Assembly (NCBI GenBank): GCA_963724295.1
Contig: CAVRUC010000010.1
Span: forward strand, 192,001-256,000
Origin: an uncultured Chloroflexia bacterium
Lineage (GTDB): Bacteria; Chloroflexota; Chloroflexia; Thermomicrobiales; UBA6265
Reading direction: 5' to 3'
DNA: 64,000 nucleotides
Shown: in pieces, positions 47,231 to 57,570 of the stretch
Numbering within the stretch: position 1 is the stretch's first letter
Layout: every line of letters starts with the position of its first letter
Notes under the pieces: model-generated
What the model was told of the DNA's origin: nothing
Databases searched by the model: none
Seen by the model: the letters and a program-made list of their open reading frames with translations, nothing else
Made by a program: the position numbers and the translations under genes

Positions 47231-49849
47231 CTAGAGGCTGAAGCGCGCGACGTAGAACGTGATCGTGACCAGACAGACGAGGGGGTACACCACTCGCGCC
47301 GCGGTATCCAGCCGGGTCACCGCCTTGAAGCGTCTCCCCTTGTACAACCGCTCGATCGTGATGTTGATGAACACGAGCGCGGCGGAGAGGGCGACGTAGA
47401 CGAAGTAGACCCCCTCGATGGCTACGGTGTACCCGACATCCAGCGGTCCGGTCACGCTCTCCAGCAGCACGGAGGCGGTCAGGATCGAGGTCACCGCGAA
47501 CCCGACGCGCGTGCCGGCCTGATCGGGCGCCAAGAAGAGCGACAAATAGGTCACCAGCGCAAGTAACCCCAACGGCAGCAGGTTCTTCAGCAGAAAGCCG
47601 CGCACGTCGCGCTGCATGGTGATCTCGGTGACGAACTTGGAGAACTGGACGTACGCATTGGCGTTGCCACCCTCCGCGCTTTGCACCGAGCGGCCGGTGG
47701 TGGCCTCGGAGACGAACTCGACCTGAGAGGCCTCCCAGTTGGACACGTTGTTGAACGGCTGGGCCAGATCCGACCCGCTGCGCAAGCGCACGTCCTGCGG
47801 CTGCGCGGTGATCGCCGGACTCGGCACGTAGACGACGTCATCGGCTTGCAGCGCCACGTTCTGGACCACGATCCGCAGGATATGGCGGTCCCAGGGGTAG
47901 TCGTGGAAATCGAGGGGTTGGGTGAACGTCCGCTGGACGCGGTACATGCGGTAGGTGGTCCCGTCCGCGTCGGTCCGTTCCTCCAGTGGTTTCTCGAGCT
48001 TCAACCGCGGTTTGGTGGCGTTGGGGAAGAAGACGTCGGTCAATGCCGGGTCGTCCTCCGGCGCCTGAAACCAGAGGAAGAAATCGACGAGGAACGACTC
48101 GTTTGTGACATCCAGGTCCCGGATCTCGTTGATGTCGATGCCGACGTCGACGATGGGATACCGGCGCAGGAGCCACCCGTCGACCGCAATGGCGCGACCA
48201 CTATCGAGGTCGGCCGCCGCGTCATCGTGGGAAGAATCGGCATCGAGACGGTATTGCCACGGGGCGCTGGCTAGGTGACGGCCGGTGAAGCGACCAACGG
48301 AAAACGCCTGAGGGACGGAACGGGTCTCATCGAAGAATAGGGGACCGCTCAGGCCACGCAGCGCCACATCGCTCCCGTTGACCGCGGCCAGGGCATCGCG
48401 CACCGCCGTGCGGTCCGCCGTGACGGCGCTGGGGTCGCCGTCGAGCGCCGCTACAGAGAGGGCGTGGATGGCCATCGTCGCGGCGTCGTACGCCTTGGCC
48501 GCCTGCCAGGAGGGCCAGACGCCGTAGGTGTCGTGGTAGAGCCGGGCGAATGCGAGCGCGTCGCCGCCGATGGCGTCGTAGATCATCGGTGCCGCGGCGT
48601 ACATCCCCTCTGTGAAGTACCCCGGTTGCTCCTGTTCCTCCGGCTCACCCGCGAACAGCTCGGCGAATCCTTCTTCGCCCAGGGCGTCGCCGCCAATGAG
48701 TGGCGGTGACAGCCCCGCGCGGCGGATGGCGGGCAGCAGGTCCCGCGCGTCCTCCTGCTGTAGGCAGATCACGACGATGCCGCGATCTGGATCGGCGGCC
48801 AGCGCATCGACGATGGACCGAATCGACGCCTCGCGTTTGTCCCGGTCGAGCTCAAAGGTCTCCTTGACCGTGCCAGCCTCGGAGAACGCCGTCGTGAACG
48901 CCGAGGACAGCGACTGCTCGTAGGGACGCGTCGTGGTGACGACGGAGGCGGTGTCGTGGCCCAGGATGTCGCGGACGTACGTTGCAAGCAGCGTGCCTTG
49001 GAAGCTATTGGTGAAGATCGTCCGGAAGTACCAAGGGTTGTCCGTCAGCGCATCAGCCGTTGCTGAGCCGCTGATGGCGGGTATGCCGGCCTCGCGATAG
49101 ACCTCGCTGGCCGCGATTGAGGGCGCCGAGGTACGGTGGCCGAGCACCAGGAGCGGGCGAGCGTCGGCGACGATTTCGGCCGCCCTCTCTCGTGCGATCT
49201 CCGGATCACCCTGGTCGTCGTAGCGCAGCAGCGCGATCTGACGACCGTCGATGCCGCCCGCGGCGTTCACCCGCGCGATCGCCAGGTCGGCGGCGTTGGC
49301 CATCTCGATACCGAGCCGGCTCCCTGGGCCGCTGAGCGGCCCGGCGGCAGCGAAGTACCACCGCTCGGGCGGCTGCGACGAGACCGCCAGGAAGGCGGTG
49401 GCGGCCACCAGCGCCACCAGGAGGACGACGAGCAGCGCCCAGCGCCAGCGGAACCACCGGGCGCCTGCCGCCAACAGGCTGGACGGGCGCGGCCTGGGGA
49501 GACGCGGGACGATCCGGGGACGCAGCTCGAGGTCGGCCAGCTCGGGCGGCAAGGGCGGCGCGCCGATGTCGGTCAATTCGTTGGGCATCACCGGCGTGAC
49601 GTCGAGCATCCGTTTGCGGCTGGCGACGCCGATGCTGTCCGGGTTGATGCTGACCGCGCGGTCGAGGGCGTAGCGCTTTTCGGCGGGGTCGTCGGTGACC
49701 GCGGTGAACCAGAGCCAGCCGAGCTCGCTCTCTGGGTCGATCAGGAGCGCTTGGGCGAACAGCCGCAGCGCCTCGTCGCTGTTACCCGCGTGATATGCGG
49801 CTATCCCACGATTGAGCAGCGCGATCGGCGACGCTGGCGGTTGCTCCAC
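47231..49849 (-). CDS. Pentameric ligand-gated ion channel (Pro-loop) fused to N-terminal TPR, TM anchor and type-1 periplasmic binding domain
   Basis: GTG 49849 after gggaga; TPR; TM; LivK-like GPLSG..VNAAGGIDGRQI..DDQGDP..GHRTS; ECD VDVGIDINEIRDLD..FLVDFFLWF..FHDYPWD; four C-terminal TM helices. Confidence 0.88.
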   Translation of the reverse strand: MEQPPASPIALLNRGIAAYHAGNSDEALRLFAQALLIDPESELGWLWFTAVTDDPAEKRYALDRAVSINPDSIGVASRKRMLDVTPVMPNELTDIGAPPLPPELADLELRPRIVPRLPRPRPSSLLAAGARWFRWRWALLVVLLVALVAATAFLAVSSQPPERWYFAAAGPLSGPGSRLGIEMANAADLAIARVNAAGGIDGRQIALLRYDDQGDPEIARERAAEIVADARPLLVLGHRTSAPSIAASEVYREAGIPAISGSATADALTDNPWYFRTIFTNSFQGTLLATYVRDILGHDTASVVTTTRPYEQSLSSAFTTAFSEAGTVKETFELDRDKREASIRSIVDALAADPDRGIVVICLQQEDARDLLPAIRRAGLSPPLIGGDALGEEGFAELFAGEPEEQEQPGYFTEGMYAAAPMIYDAIGGDALAFARLYHDTYGVWPSWQAAKAYDAATMAIHALSVAALDGDPSAVTADRTAVRDALAAVNGSDVALRGLSGPLFFDETRSVPQAFSVGRFTGRHLASAPWQYRLDADSSHDDAAADLDSGRAIAVDGWLLRRYPIVDVGIDINEIRDLDVTNESFLVDFFLWFQAPEDDPALTDVFFPNATKPRLKLEKPLEERTDADGTTYRMYRVQRTFTQPLDFHDYPWDRHILRIVVQNVALQADDVVYVPSPAITAQPQDVRLRSGSDLAQPFNNVSNWEASQVEFVSEATTGRSVQSAEGGNANAYVQFSKFVTEITMQRDVRGFLLKNLLPLGLLALVTYLSLFLAPDQAGTRVGFAVTSILTASVLLESVTGPLDVGYTVAIEGVYFVYVALSAALVFINITIERLYKGRRFKAVTRLDTAARVVYPLVCLVTITFYVARFSL

Positions 49850-50077
49850 TGTTCTCCCGCGCTCGCCGCTAGGTTTCGGCAGAATATAGTCCGCTCGGCA
49901 GACTCGAAAGGGGCCAAGATCCGGGGAAGGATAGCGTGCGACGCGCCGCATCGCCGCAGGCAACGAGGCAATCGATCCTAACTGTTCCTGCGTGTCCTGA
50001 GGAGCGAAATTGACAGTGGACCAAGCTCAAGCCATGAGCGAAAGCACCTGTGACGAGGTCACTACGGCGGCGCAGGC

Positions 50078-51381
50078 CTACGTTGCATCGGACTGATGGA
50101 TCCCGAACGATCGGTGTTTCCCAGGCGCGCGCTGCGGCGCCAGCTCCGTACTCGGCAGCAGCTCGGGGGCGTTTGGGGCGGCCGTTTGTAGACGGCTCGC
50201 GTACCACCGCGCCAACGGCGCCGCCGTCAGCGCGTGCAAGAGCACGCTCAAGGCAATGGCCCACCCCGCCATCGCGGCGAGCGTGCCCACCTCCTGCGCC
50301 GACTCGTGCAGCGCCTCGACGGCGATCAGCGTGAAGACGACCGACGCCAGGCCCCGCGGCCCCAACCAACCCATCAACAGCACCGTGTCCGGCCGTAGAC
50401 CCGACCCGATCATGGCGATTGCCACCGGCCCCATGCGCACCGCCGTCAGGGCCAGGACGGCGAAGACGAAGGCGCGGGCATCGAACGCTCGCAGCAGCGG
50501 CGCGACCAATGTGGCGCCGAAGATTATCCAAACGAACGTCGACAGGACAGTGCCGACCTCCTCAGTGAACTCCGTCGCCTCGCCCAATCGGTAGCGCGTC
50601 GCGGCTCCGAAGGCGAGGCCGCCGACGAACGCGGCGATGAAGCCGTTGCCGCCGACCGCGAGCGCGGCCCCGTAGACGCCGAGTGCCAGCGCCAGGTTGC
50701 CGACCCGCTGGGCGGTGGCCGTGGTCCACCGGTGCGCGACGGCGGCTCGCGAAGAGCCAGCCGCCAACGAGCCCGCCCACCACGCCGACGAGCAGCCCCC
50801 AGCCGATGCCTGACAGCGCGCCAAGCAGCCAGCCCTGGGCCGCTTGCTGCTCCTCGATCGCCAGCGCGAGGAACAATGTCACCAGCGGGGTGGCGATCCC
50901 GTCGTTCAGCCCGCTCTCGATGTTCAGCGCCCGGCGGATCCGCACCGGCACGCGACGATCGGTGAAGATCGGCAGCCCCAACGCGGCGTCGGTCGGAGCC
51001 AGGATGGCGCCGATCAAAAGCGCGAAGCCGAGCCCTTCGCCTGGGAAACAACCCGAACGCCGCCGCGCCGCCCAGGAGCACAGTCAGGGGCATGCCGATC
51101 AGCAGGAGCCGCGCTGGCAGCCCGGTGTCCTTTCGCACCTCGCCCAGGTCGAGCGTGGCGGCGTCGGCGAACAGCAGCAGGGCCAGCGTAGTCTCGGTGA
51201 TGCGCTCCACGTCGGCGGCCGTGACCGAGACGTCGATGAATCCGAGCACACCGGGACCGACGACCGCCCCCGCCAGGACGAGCACCAGTGGCATCGTCAC
51301 CGAGAAGCGCCCGAGCCACGCGGCAAAGGCGGTGCAGAGGACGACGATAGGCAGGACCAGCGCCCAGTCCTGTGCGCTCAC
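50078..51381 (-). CDS. CPA1 cation:proton antiporter, two frameshifts
   Basis: LALLLFADA, ILAPTDAALG, ESGLNDG, GNGFIAAF, GWLGPRGLAS. Confidence 0.87.
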
Positions 51382-51499
51382 CGTCTCAATCCCTCGGTAT
51401 TCGCAGTTCCCACCGCCTCGGATGACCCTGCGGGTGCCCCCGGCGCTGTCGCCCAGGCCGGGGTTGATCCTACAGCAGCATTAACCACCATCGGGATAG

Positions 51500-51796
51500 T
51501 TATGGGAACGGATTGCTTCTGGCGCGCCGGACGAGGTGCAGGATGACGAGCAACACGAGTGCCCCGATTACGGCCACAATGAAGCTGCCGATGGTCCAGG
51601 CGAACGGGGTCTCCCGCCCGGTCAGCAGGCTAAAGAGCAAGCCGCCCAAAACGGCGCCAATGATGCCGACGATGATGTTTTCGAGTTCGACATCATCCCA
51701 GCCATGCTCCTGGGCGATGCCGGCGATCATGGTGGCGACCCACCCAGCCAGGGTGCCAAAGATGATCCAGGAGAGGATGCCCCGTTCGCTGTCCAT
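51500..51796 (-). CDS. GlsB/YeaQ/YmgE family membrane protein
   Basis: ILSWIIFG.LAGWVA..NIIVGIIGAVLGG..SFIVAVIGALVLL. Confidence 0.88.
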   Translation of the reverse strand: MDSERGILSWIIFGTLAGWVATMIAGIAQEHGWDDVELENIIVGIIGAVLGGLLFSLLTGRETPFAWTIGSFIVAVIGALVLLVILHLVRRARSNPFP

Positions 51797-52005
51797 GCCG
51801 ATCTCCTCCGCGGGAATCGTCCGCCTCCATATTTATGATCGCTGCTGGTGCACTTGGTCTTGACCGGACAGGCGTTGAGAAAGCAGCCTCGCCGCAGTAG
51901 GCGACTCCTCCCGCTGTCCAGTTGACGCCGTAGCGGTGCCGGAGGTGACCCGGGGGGCAGCGGCACTCTTCGCGCTCGGGATCGACAGCGACATCTGCTT
52001 GCCCA

Positions 52006-52698
52006 TCAATTCGCCACGATCGCGAGGCAGAAGCCGATGACCGTGGCGACCCCGGCCAGTTCGCCGCCACGCTCGAAAGCAAACGGCATCAGGGAGTTGG
52101 TCAGCATCGCCAGGAGTCCGCCCGCCGCCAGCGCCGCGGCGCGATCGCCGTTCGCCCCCGAAAACGCGGTGGCGCCCAACCACCCGAGCGCCGCCGCGAC
52201 CCCGCAGCTCGCGACGACCGCCAGCCAGAGCCGCGCGGTGCGTCCGACGCTCCAGCCAGCCTCGGCCAGATCCGCCGAGGGTGCGATCGCCTGCGGTACG
52301 TTGGAGACGAGCACGGCGGCGAGGAAGCCGGCGCTCACCGGCGAGCCGGCGGCGATCTGGATGCCGAAGATGATGGATTCGGGCACGCCATCGACCACCG
52401 AGCCGACGACGATGCCCATCGCCCCGCCAGCGCCTTCGTCCCCGAAGCGCCGCTCGACGATCGCGTCGCCAACGAGGAGGACCGCCGCCCCCAACAGCAT
52501 CCACAGGACGAGTTGCCAGGGTCCGAGGAGCTCTGCCTCGGGGATCAAGTCGAAGGCAATGGCGCTGATGAGGGCTCCAGCACCGAAGCCGGCGAGGGCC
52601 CCCACGACTTTGGTCGGAATATGCACCCAATAGACGAGCAGGCCGCTCAACAGGAGCGAGGACTGCGCGACCATCCCAAGCACCAGCGCCTCAACCAT
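52006..52698 (-). CDS. ZIP-family-like metal transporter
   Basis: GFGAGALIS, VDGVPES, VSNVPQA, AAGGLLAML..LMP. Confidence 0.8.
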   Translation of the reverse strand: MVEALVLGMVAQSSLLLSGLLVYWVHIPTKVVGALAGFGAGALISAIAFDLIPEAELLGPWQLVLWMLLGAAVLLVGDAIVERRFGDEGAGGAMGIVVGSVVDGVPESIIFGIQIAAGSPVSAGFLAAVLVSNVPQAIAPSADLAEAGWSVGRTARLWLAVVASCGVAAALGWLGATAFSGANGDRAAALAAGGLLAMLTNSLMPFAFERGGELAGVATVIGFCLAIVAN

Positions 52699-52900
52699 GC
52701 GGAACCCCCTTCGCCTCGGTCCGTCCACCGCCGCACACAGCGCACGCACAGGACCGGCGGGCACGCCCAACACACCCACACCCGCGAGCGACGCCCGGGC
52801 GACCAGTGGATCGCGCCGTCATCCTGGCCCGAAGGCGGAGGCACATCCGCCGTTCGGCATAGATACGGTGCGGCTGTTGACTGCCGCTTCTGCCTCTCGG

Positions 52901-54415
52901 TCAGTGGCCGCCGACGGCGCCCTGGGTGAGTTTGTCCATGACTTGATCGACGGTAAAGCTGGCCGCCTTTTGCCGAGGTGGGAACGCCTGGAAGGTGCCC
53001 AGGAAATCCCCCACGATCGCTTGCGCCGGCACCAGCAAGAAGACCCGATCAATCAGCCAGTCGTAGTAGGTGTTCGACGTGATGTCGGCGCGCTCGAAGG
53101 GATCCGTGCGCAGGTTGAACAGCTTCGGCACCCGCAGCGAAACGAACGGCTCAGCCCAGATCCGCAACGTACCGGGCGCGGTTTGTTCCAGGAAGACAAA
53201 TTTCCAGTGGTCGTAGCGGAGGGCAACGAGGTCGCCATCGTCGGAGAAGTAGAAGAACCCCGGCCGCGGGCTCTTCGCCTCCTCCCCGGTCAGATACGGC
53301 AGCAGATTGTACCCATCGAGGTGGACCTTGAAGGTCTTGGCACGCGCTTGATGCCCCTGCTTCACCTTCTCGACGATCTCGGGTTCTCCCGCGGCCGCCA
53401 GGAAGGTCGGCAGCCAGTCCAGGTGAGAGATGATCTCGTTGCAGACCACGCCGGCGGGGATCTTGCCCGGCCAGCGGATCAGCTCGGGCACGCGATAGGC
53501 GCCCTCCCAGTTGGAGTTCTTCTCGTTGCGGAACGGCGTCATCGCGCCGTCCGGCCAGGAGTTCATGTGGGGTCCGTTGTCGGTGCTGTAAACGACGATG
53601 GTGTTCTCCGCGATCCCCAGCTCGTCCAGTCGATCGAGCAAGGCGCCGACCACCTTGTCGTGGTCGATCATGGTGTCGTGGTACACAGACTGCCACCGCC
53701 CGGCCTGACCGATGCTCTCCGGTTTGGGGTGGGTGCGGAGATGCATGTGGGTCGTATTGAACCAGACGAAGAAGGGAGTATCCGCTTCTACCTGCCGCCC
53801 AATGAAGTCCTGCGCTGCCGCCAGGAACTCGTCGTCGCACGTCTCCATCCGCTTCTTCGTGAGCGGGCCGGTATCTTCGATGCGCTGCGTGCCGTCGGGG
53901 TTGGCCCAGGAGTGGATGACGCCCCGCGGACCAAATCGCTCGCGGAAGTTGGGGAAGTCCTCCGCCGGTGGGTAGTCGGGGTGCTCGGGTTCCTCTTCGG
54001 CATTGAGGTGGTAGAGGTTGCCAAAGAACTCATCGAAGCCATGTGCGGTCGGGAGGTGCTCGTCCTTGTCCCCGAGGTGGTTCTTGCCGAACTGCCCCGT
54101 GGCGTAGCCGAGCGGTTTGAGCAGCTCGGGGATCGTCGGATCCTCGGCCTGGAGCCCGAGGTCCGCGCCGGGGAGCCCGACCTTGCTCAGCCCGGTGCGA
54201 AAGACGCTCTGGCCGGTGATGAAGGCCGCCCGGCCGGCGGTGCAGCTCTGCTCGCCGTAGGCGTCGGTGAAGCGCATGCCTTCGTCGGCGATGCGGTCGA
54301 TGTTGGGGGTGCGGTAACCCATCAACCCGTCGCTGTAGCAGCTCAGGTTGGTGATACCGATGTCATCTCCCCAGATGACCAGGATGTTCGGCTGCTCTTG
54401 CGGTGTCTTGGTCAC
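52901..54415 (-). CDS. Arylsulfatase (Cys-type, FGly-dependent)
   Basis: PNILVIWGDDIG, SCTAGRAAFITG, GKNHLG, TDNG. Confidence 0.95.
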   Translation of the reverse strand: MTKTPQEQPNILVIWGDDIGITNLSCYSDGLMGYRTPNIDRIADEGMRFTDAYGEQSCTAGRAAFITGQSVFRTGLSKVGLPGADLGLQAEDPTIPELLKPLGYATGQFGKNHLGDKDEHLPTAHGFDEFFGNLYHLNAEEEPEHPDYPPAEDFPNFRERFGPRGVIHSWANPDGTQRIEDTGPLTKKRMETCDDEFLAAAQDFIGRQVEADTPFFVWFNTTHMHLRTHPKPESIGQAGRWQSVYHDTMIDHDKVVGALLDRLDELGIAENTIVVYSTDNGPHMNSWPDGAMTPFRNEKNSNWEGAYRVPELIRWPGKIPAGVVCNEIISHLDWLPTFLAAAGEPEIVEKVKQGHQARAKTFKVHLDGYNLLPYLTGEEAKSPRPGFFYFSDDGDLVALRYDHWKFVFLEQTAPGTLRIWAEPFVSLRVPKLFNLRTDPFERADITSNTYYDWLIDRVFLLVPAQAIVGDFLGTFQAFPPRQKAASFTVDQVMDKLTQGAVGGH

Positions 54416-54486
54416 GAATTCTCCCTCCGCACGTCCGATCGGACGCATCGCTGCAGAAATCTTGTCCCATTGGCGTAGGGCATCTC

Positions 54487-54993
54487 TCATTCCGCGCCGC
54501 TGCCGGCGACGGGTTCGCCTTGCGCCGCGCCGGCCAGCAGGGCGATCGTCACCAGCGCCCAGGCGACGACGGCCCGCGCCCCGTGCGTTAGGAGGTGGAC
54601 GTGCAGGGGTTGCCGGTCACGCCTCTGCCCTCCGGCGACCGGGCGACGCGCTCGACCATCCATCCATCGTATCGGCGGCGCCAGCCCGGAATCGCTCCCA
54701 CGCGCGTGCCTTCGACGCCGTCCCCACCGCCCCTCAAACGGCAGCGCCGGCGCCGGCGCCTCGAGTGCGGGCTGGGCGACCGGCCGCTGACCGGCGGCCT
54801 GCTGGGCGAGCGCGTAGCGCGACCCCGGCTTGGCGGGAAGGAAGGCGCCGATCAGCCACAGCCAGGGGGCGAAGATGCCGACGATGCCCAGCACGGTGCG
54901 CCCCTTTTGAAAGGTCAGCGAGCAGACCGTGAACAGGCACGTGATGTAGAGCGACAGCAGCACAAAGCCCAGCGCCCATTCCAACCAGGTCAC
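54487..54993 (-). CDS. Small 2-TM membrane protein, 3' end uncertain
   Basis: RBS ggagg plus GTG; LYITCLFTVCSLTFQKGRTVLGIVGIFAPWLWLIGAFLPAKPGS. Confidence 0.6.
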   Translation of the reverse strand: MTWLEWALGFVLLSLYITCLFTVCSLTFQKGRTVLGIVGIFAPWLWLIGAFLPAKPGSRYALAQQAAGQRPVAQPALEAPAPALPFEGRWGRRRRHARGSDSGLAPPIRWMDGRARRPVAGGQRRDRQPLHVHLLTHGARAVVAWALVTIALLAGAAQGEPVAGSGAE

Positions 54994-55290
54994 GGCCGTC
55001 CTCCCGCGCAACGATCAGGTGGGCACGCCGGCTCCGTCCTCGCCCGTTGCGCGGCGACGGGACGGAGGGCTCCGGGCGGCTCGGTGTGTCCCAGAGCCCG
55101 CCGGATGCGGCAGCGCACGAGCGTGCCGCGCCACGGGGACATCAGTGGGTGCAGCCGGAATGGTGCCGCACCACGGGTCGTAGCGGCATCGGCCGAACGG
55201 CGCATTCGGCTCTGGGAGGAGCGGCGGCGCCGGTCGCCCACGCCGCCGACTGGTGGACCGCTGAGCGATGCTCCCGAGGCAGGAGGATGG

Positions 55291-55340
55291 TCGGATCCTC
55301 GGCCTGGAGCCCGAGGTCCGCGCCGGGGAACCCGACCTTG
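55291..55340 (-). repeat. 50-bp direct copy of an internal sulfatase segment (54136-54185)
   Basis: 49/50 identity; encodes KVGFPGADLGLQAEDP. Confidence 0.9.
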
Positions 55341-55573
55341 GAGGCTGAAGGCGGCAAGTGCGTGAACCAACTGCTCACGTCTCACGCGACGACGTAGGGT
55401 CCGCAACAGACGATGCTCGGATGCGCCCGTGCGCCGGGGGCAGAAGGTGGCCTATCCTGCGCGGTTAGTGCGACGATGCTCGACAGAGCAGACTCTCCGG
55501 CCGGCTCGAGATAGCCGGCAATCGAGCACCATGACCTCGACCACAGCGGTTTGCACGAGAAAAGGAATTCCCC

Positions 55574-56552
55574 ATGGGTTCGTTGGTAGCGCAACATCGC
55601 GCGGACGCTATCGCGCCGCCGGGCTCCGCGCCCGATAACGACATGATCTGGATCCCCGGCGGGACGTTCCTGATGGGTTCCGATGACCACTATCCGGAAG
55701 AGGCGCCAGCGCACGCAGTGACCGTCCCCGGGTTCTGGATCGATCGGTATCAGGTCACCAACGCCGCCTTCCGCCGCTTCGTCAAAGCCACCGGGTACGT
55801 CACGCTCGCCGAGCGAACGCCGGACGCCGGCCTCTACCCCGGTGCCCTGCCCGAGATGCTGGTGGCCGGCTCGGTCGTCTTTCGCCAGCCACCGGGGCGG
55901 GTGCCGCTGGGCAGCCACTACGCCTGGTGGGGCTGGCAGGCTGGCGCCGACTGGCGTCACCCGGAAGGTCCCGGTAGCACCCTCAATGGCCGGGAGCGAC
56001 ACCCGGTGGTCCATGTCGCGTGGGAGGATGTCACGGCCTATGCCGCCTGGGCCGCAAAAGCCATTCCCACCGAAGCCGAGTGGGAGTTTGCTTGCCGCGG
56101 CGGGCACGACGGCTGGCCGTACGCCTGGGGGCAGGAGCTGGCGCCAAAAAGCCGGATGCTGGCCAACTACTGGCAGGGCGAGTTTCCCTGGCAAAATCTG
56201 GCGCTTGACGGATACGAACGCACGGCCCCGGTCGGCAAGTTTTCCTCCCAATGACTATGGCGTGTTTGACATGATCGGCAACGCCTGGGAGTGGACGGCC
56301 GATTGGTATGCCCCGCGCCATGAGGCCCCTTCGCCATGCTGCGCGGCCTCGCCCGATCCACGGGGCAGCGAAGCTGAGAGCGTCGAAGCGCGGGACGCGG
56401 CCGCCATTCCGCGCCGCGTGCTCAAAGGCGGCTCCTACGCCTGTGCCGAGAATTACTGCCAGCGCTACCGGCCGGCGGCGCGCATGGCCCACCCGATCGA
56501 CACCGGAACCAACCACATCGGGTTCCGCTGCGTCGTGCGACCGGCCATGTGA
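55574..56552 (+). CDS. Formylglycine-generating enzyme (FGE/SUMF1); frameshift near 56245
   Basis: [59 protein letters not shown]. Confidence 0.92.
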
Positions 56553-56619
56553 GGGTCAAGGTTCGTGACTCCTCGCAACCCTCTTGCCAGGGGGAGCGAT
56601 CGATGTGTCGAGGACGGCG

Positions 56620-57537
56620 CTAGGTGGGAAAGACCCGGTTCCAGTCATCTTTCATGCTGACGACGGTCCAGCCCCGCTGCCCGGCTTCGACCAGGGCGGC
56701 CTCCAGCCGTCCCAGCGGCGAGACCCGGTAGGCGTATTCGCGCTCGGCGTCGTCATGGTCGACGATGAGCGCAAGGGATCGCCCATCCCTGCCGGCGGTG
56801 TATTGGAGCATCGCCAGGTCGCCGTCTGAGTTTCCGCCCGCCAGGATCGGCTGCCGGCCGACGTGCAGGTGGATGTTGGCCGGCTTGCCCTCTTTGTCGT
56901 CGAAGCTGCTGAGCTCGGGGAGCTTGACCAGCACCGGCCGGCCGTCTCGGAGCTCGAACTGGACCTTGCCGCTGCTGCCGATGACTTGGGCGGGCGGGAT
57001 GCCGTAGACCGCTTCCGCGAAGACGCGCATGAAGTCGACCCCGCCACCGGAGACGATCCAGGTCTGGAATCCGTTGGCGCGCAGGTAGTCGAGTAGCTCC
57101 AGCATCGGCTGGTACACACATTCCGTGTAGAGCCGCTCGAAGCGCGGATGCTTCGCCGTGCCGATCCAGTCCCGGACGACCTCGGCAAACGCGTCGGTGG
57201 TGATCCCGGCGTGGGTGGCCGCGATCAGGGCGGCGAGATCGCGCTTGGTCAGCGCGGCCAACACGTCGCGGTCGTTGGTCAAGATCGCCTTGAAAGGCTG
57301 TTGCTCCTGCCATTCCGGGTGCTCGGGGGCCAGCGACCGGACGCGGTCGAGGACGAACCCGAGCTGGATATAGAGTGGCTGCTCGCACCAGAGGGTGCCA
57401 TCGTTGTCAAAGACGGCGATGCGGTCACCCTCCGCCACGAACTGGTCGCCGCCTGCCGCGGTGACCGCGGCGACGAAGTCGAGGATCGCCTGCTTGTTGG
57501 GCCCGTCGTTCCACGCGGGAAGGGGATCGTCAGGCAT
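56620..57537 (-). CDS. HAD family phosphatase
   Basis: AVFDNDGTLWCEQP, IVSGGG, GNSDGD. Confidence 0.9.
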   Translation of the reverse strand: MPDDPLPAWNDGPNKQAILDFVAAVTAAGGDQFVAEGDRIAVFDNDGTLWCEQPLYIQLGFVLDRVRSLAPEHPEWQEQQPFKAILTNDRDVLAALTKRDLAALIAATHAGITTDAFAEVVRDWIGTAKHPRFERLYTECVYQPMLELLDYLRANGFQTWIVSGGGVDFMRVFAEAVYGIPPAQVIGSSGKVQFELRDGRPVLVKLPELSSFDDKEGKPANIHLHVGRQPILAGGNSDGDLAMLQYTAGRDGRSLALIVDHDDAEREYAYRVSPLGRLEAALVEAGQRGWTVVSMKDDWNRVFPT

Positions 57538-57570
57538 GGTGATCTCTTTCACGCCGGGTGCCCACGATGT

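Noticed and set aside
56235..56255. Programmed frameshift in FGE (and other genes)
   Set aside because: Indels are scattered across unrelated genes with no shared slippery site or stimulator; sequencing error is simpler
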